Notes under the pieces: generated by a model
Seen by the model: the letters and a program-made list of their open reading frames with translations, nothing else
Database searches by the model: none
Told to the model about the DNA's origin: nothing
Sequence record: SRR2962707_543
Length of the DNA: 64,000 nucleotides
Reading direction: 5' to 3' (one strand)
Shown: in pieces, positions 62,138 to 64,000 of the stretch
Layout: the number at the start of each line of letters is the position of its first letter
Numbering within the stretch: position 1 is the stretch's first letter
Program-made: the position numbers and the translations under genes

Positions 62138-62739
62138 GTTTGACGGCGTTATCTAAGCAAATTAGCAATTGCCGCCTTTGTGTTGAAGAACCAGTCGGCA
62201 AACCACTACCACATGAGCCAAACCCTGTTTGTGTGTTGTCATCAAAGGCGCGCATTTGTATTAGCGGGCAAGCGCCGGGTGTTCGTGTTCATCATTCTGG
62301 TAGACCGTTTACCGATCCATCGGGCGATCGTTTGCGCGAATGGATGGGCGTAGACGAAGATGTATTTTATGACGCATCTAAAATTGCGATTGTACCGATG
62401 GGGTTCTGCTTTCCTGGTCATGATTCTAAGGGCGGTGATCTGCCCCCGCGCAAAGAGTGTCGCACCCGTTGGCATGATGAAGTCTATGCGGCCATGCCGC
62501 AATTGGAGTTGGTTTTAGCGATTGGGCAATATGCGCAAGCCTACCATCTTGGGTCTGCTAGAAAAGACAATATGACTGATACAGTGGCAGCTTGGCGCGG
62601 CTATTTAGCCGATGGAAAGCCTGCAATATTGCCCATGCCGCATCCGTCTTGGCGCAATAATGCGTGGTTGAAACGCAATGCGTGGTTTGCGGACGAATTG
62701 TTGCCGGTTTTGCGCGAAAGGGTGCAGTCTCTGTTATAA
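62134..62739 (+). CDS. Uracil-DNA glycosylase superfamily protein
   Basis: CRLC, GQAPG, PFTDPSG, CFPG, PHPSWRN motifs; GTGA overlap with the GST stop. Confidence 0.88.
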   Translation: MSLTALSKQISNCRLCVEEPVGKPLPHEPNPVCVLSSKARICISGQAPGVRVHHSGRPFTDPSGDRLREWMGVDEDVFYDASKIAIVPMGFCFPGHDSKGGDLPPRKECRTRWHDEVYAAMPQLELVLAIGQYAQAYHLGSARKDNMTDTVAAWRGYLADGKPAILPMPHPSWRNNAWLKRNAWFADELLPVLRERVQSLL

Positions 62740-62752
62740 ATTTCGCTTGTTT

Positions 62753-62767
62753 GAGAATACAATTCTG
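62753..62767. promoter_or_regulatory. Lrp/AsnC-type operator
   Basis: AGAAT-ACA-ATTCT dyad upstream of the Lrp-family gene. Confidence 0.5.
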
Positions 62768-62809
62768 ATAGTGAGGTCATTCGTCTCTAATATTGGAAAG
62801 AATTACCCT

Positions 62810-63283
62810 ATGGATCGCCTCGACCGAAAAATCTTGAAGCTTGTGCAAGAGGATTCAACTATTGCAGTGGCTGACATTGCCAAGAAGGTCGGGTTGTCCA
62901 CGACACCGTGCTGGCGGCGCATTCAAAAGCTGGAAGAAGAGGGCGTTATCCGCAAGCGCGTTGCGCTTCTTGATCCAATCGCAATTAACGCGCGCGTGAC
63001 GGTTTTTGTTTCCATTCGCACAAACACCCACTCTGTTGAATGGCTGAAGCGTTTTTCTGAAGTGATTGCGCAGTTTAATGAAGTCGTTGAATTTTACCGC
63101 ATGAGCGGTGAGGTGGATTACCTATTGCGCGTTGTTGTTCCGGACATCGCTGCCTTTGATGATTTTTATAAGCGCTTGATTGCCAAGATTGAAATTCGTG
63201 ATGTTTCATCCGCATTTGCTATGGAGCAAATTAAATATACGACGGAAATGCCGCTCGATTATATGATTGTCGATAAGGCTTAA
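62810..63283 (+). CDS. Lrp/AsnC family regulator (DecR-like)
   Basis: MDRLDRKIL, GLSTTPCWRRIQKLE, YRMSGEVDY, AMEQIKYTT motifs. Confidence 0.92.
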   Translation: MDRLDRKILKLVQEDSTIAVADIAKKVGLSTTPCWRRIQKLEEEGVIRKRVALLDPIAINARVTVFVSIRTNTHSVEWLKRFSEVIAQFNEVVEFYRMSGEVDYLLRVVVPDIAAFDDFYKRLIAKIEIRDVSSAFAMEQIKYTTEMPLDYMIVDKA

Positions 63284-63285
63284 AA

Positions 63286-64000
63286 TCAGCGCTTTAAATG
63301 CTCGGTCAGCCGCTTTTCAATCCAATTCCAAAGATTGCGGATGATTTCAACAATCGCGATGTAAAAGAACCCTGCATAGACATAGGTTTGGAAATCGAAT
63401 GTGCGCGAGAATGTGCGCCGAGTAACGCCCATCAGGTCAAGCACGGTGACGATGGCAACGATGGCTGAGCCTTTGACCATCAAGATAATTTCATTGCCAT
63501 AGGGGCGCAGCGCTACAATCATCGCCTGCGGCATGATGATTTTTCTAAATATCTGGAAACGGCTAAGGCCGAGGGCGCGGCCACCTTCCCATTGTCCTTT
63601 GGGAACGCTTTCAATGGCGCCGCGCAAAATTTCAGCCTGATAGGCGGCGGTGTTGAGTGTAAAGGCGAGGAGGGCGCAGTTCCACGCTTCGCGCAAAAAG
63701 CCCCAAAGGCCAAAGGCTTCAAGCTCGGTTCTAAATGATCCAACGCCGTAATAGATTAAAAATAGCTGGGCGATCAGCGGTGTGCCGCGGAAGAAATAGA
63801 CATAGGAGTAGGCAATTGCATTGAGCAAATTGCTCGATGACATGCGCATGAATGCGATGGGCAGCGATAAAGCCGCGCCAAGAAGAATTGATGTGCCGAC
63901 AAGCGAAAGAGTGACGCCAAGACCATCAATATAGGCGGGCGCATAGCGCGCCATCTTTTCAGGATCCCAAGAAATAAAGAGCCAGAATACAAGGGCAAAA
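63286..64000 (-). CDS. Polar amino acid ABC permease (HisM/ArtM-like); 5' end beyond the window
   Basis: FRGTPLIAQ, AYQAEILRG, GQWEG..ALG motifs; the frame stays open to the window edge. Confidence 0.9.
   Translation of the reverse strand, partial: FALVFWLFISWDPEKMARYAPAYIDGLGVTLSLVGTSILLGAALSLPIAFMRMSSSNLLNAIAYSYVYFFRGTPLIAQLFLIYYGVGSFRTELEAFGLWGFLREAWNCALLAFTLNTAAYQAEILRGAIESVPKGQWEGGRALGLSRFQIFRKIIMPQAMIVALRPYGNEIILMVKGSAIVAIVTVLDLMGVTRRTFSRTFDFQTYVYAGFFYIAIVEIIRNLWNWIEKRLTEHLKR

Noticed and set aside
60912-62739. Nuclease, GST and UDG as a possible defence or DNA-modification system
   Set aside because: These sit in housekeeping context between the kinase and the Lrp gene, with no mobility or defence genes nearby.

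Overview
This window is 64 kb of gene-dense chromosomal DNA from an alphaproteobacterium. The acpXL, rirA, Mur-box sitABCD and PdhS2/CbrB-like kinase next to cobT/cobS point to Rhizobiales (inference). I found no rRNA, tRNA, CRISPR, IS or phage element. Blocks in order: (1) acpXL 5' end and aldose epimerase; (2) a metal-homeostasis region (sitABCD with Mur box, Fe(III) permease and binding protein, rirA with an IRO box, peroxiredoxin, creatininase/COG0523/WD40, cueR); (3) an aromatic catabolic region (detached pcaD, pcaCHGB, pcaR, pcaIJF, TRAP transporter, amidohydrolase-MarR-enoyl-CoA hydratase, feruloyl-CoA synthetase, P450 module with LysR regulator); (4) smo polyol operon; (5) TPP riboswitch with thiCOSGE and a convergent thiD; (6) housekeeping genes. 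The most interesting signal is at about 28.6-39.3 kb. A VirH2/CYP104-like P450 with an Asn-Glu pair in place of the usual acid-alcohol pair sits inside a hydroxycinnamate-to-protocatechuate cluster that has no vanAB, ligM or pobA in the window. Its cognate [2Fe-2S] ferredoxin survives only as a 132-bp pseudogene that is absent from the ORF track. All family assignments come from motif recognition and recalled sequences, not database searches.
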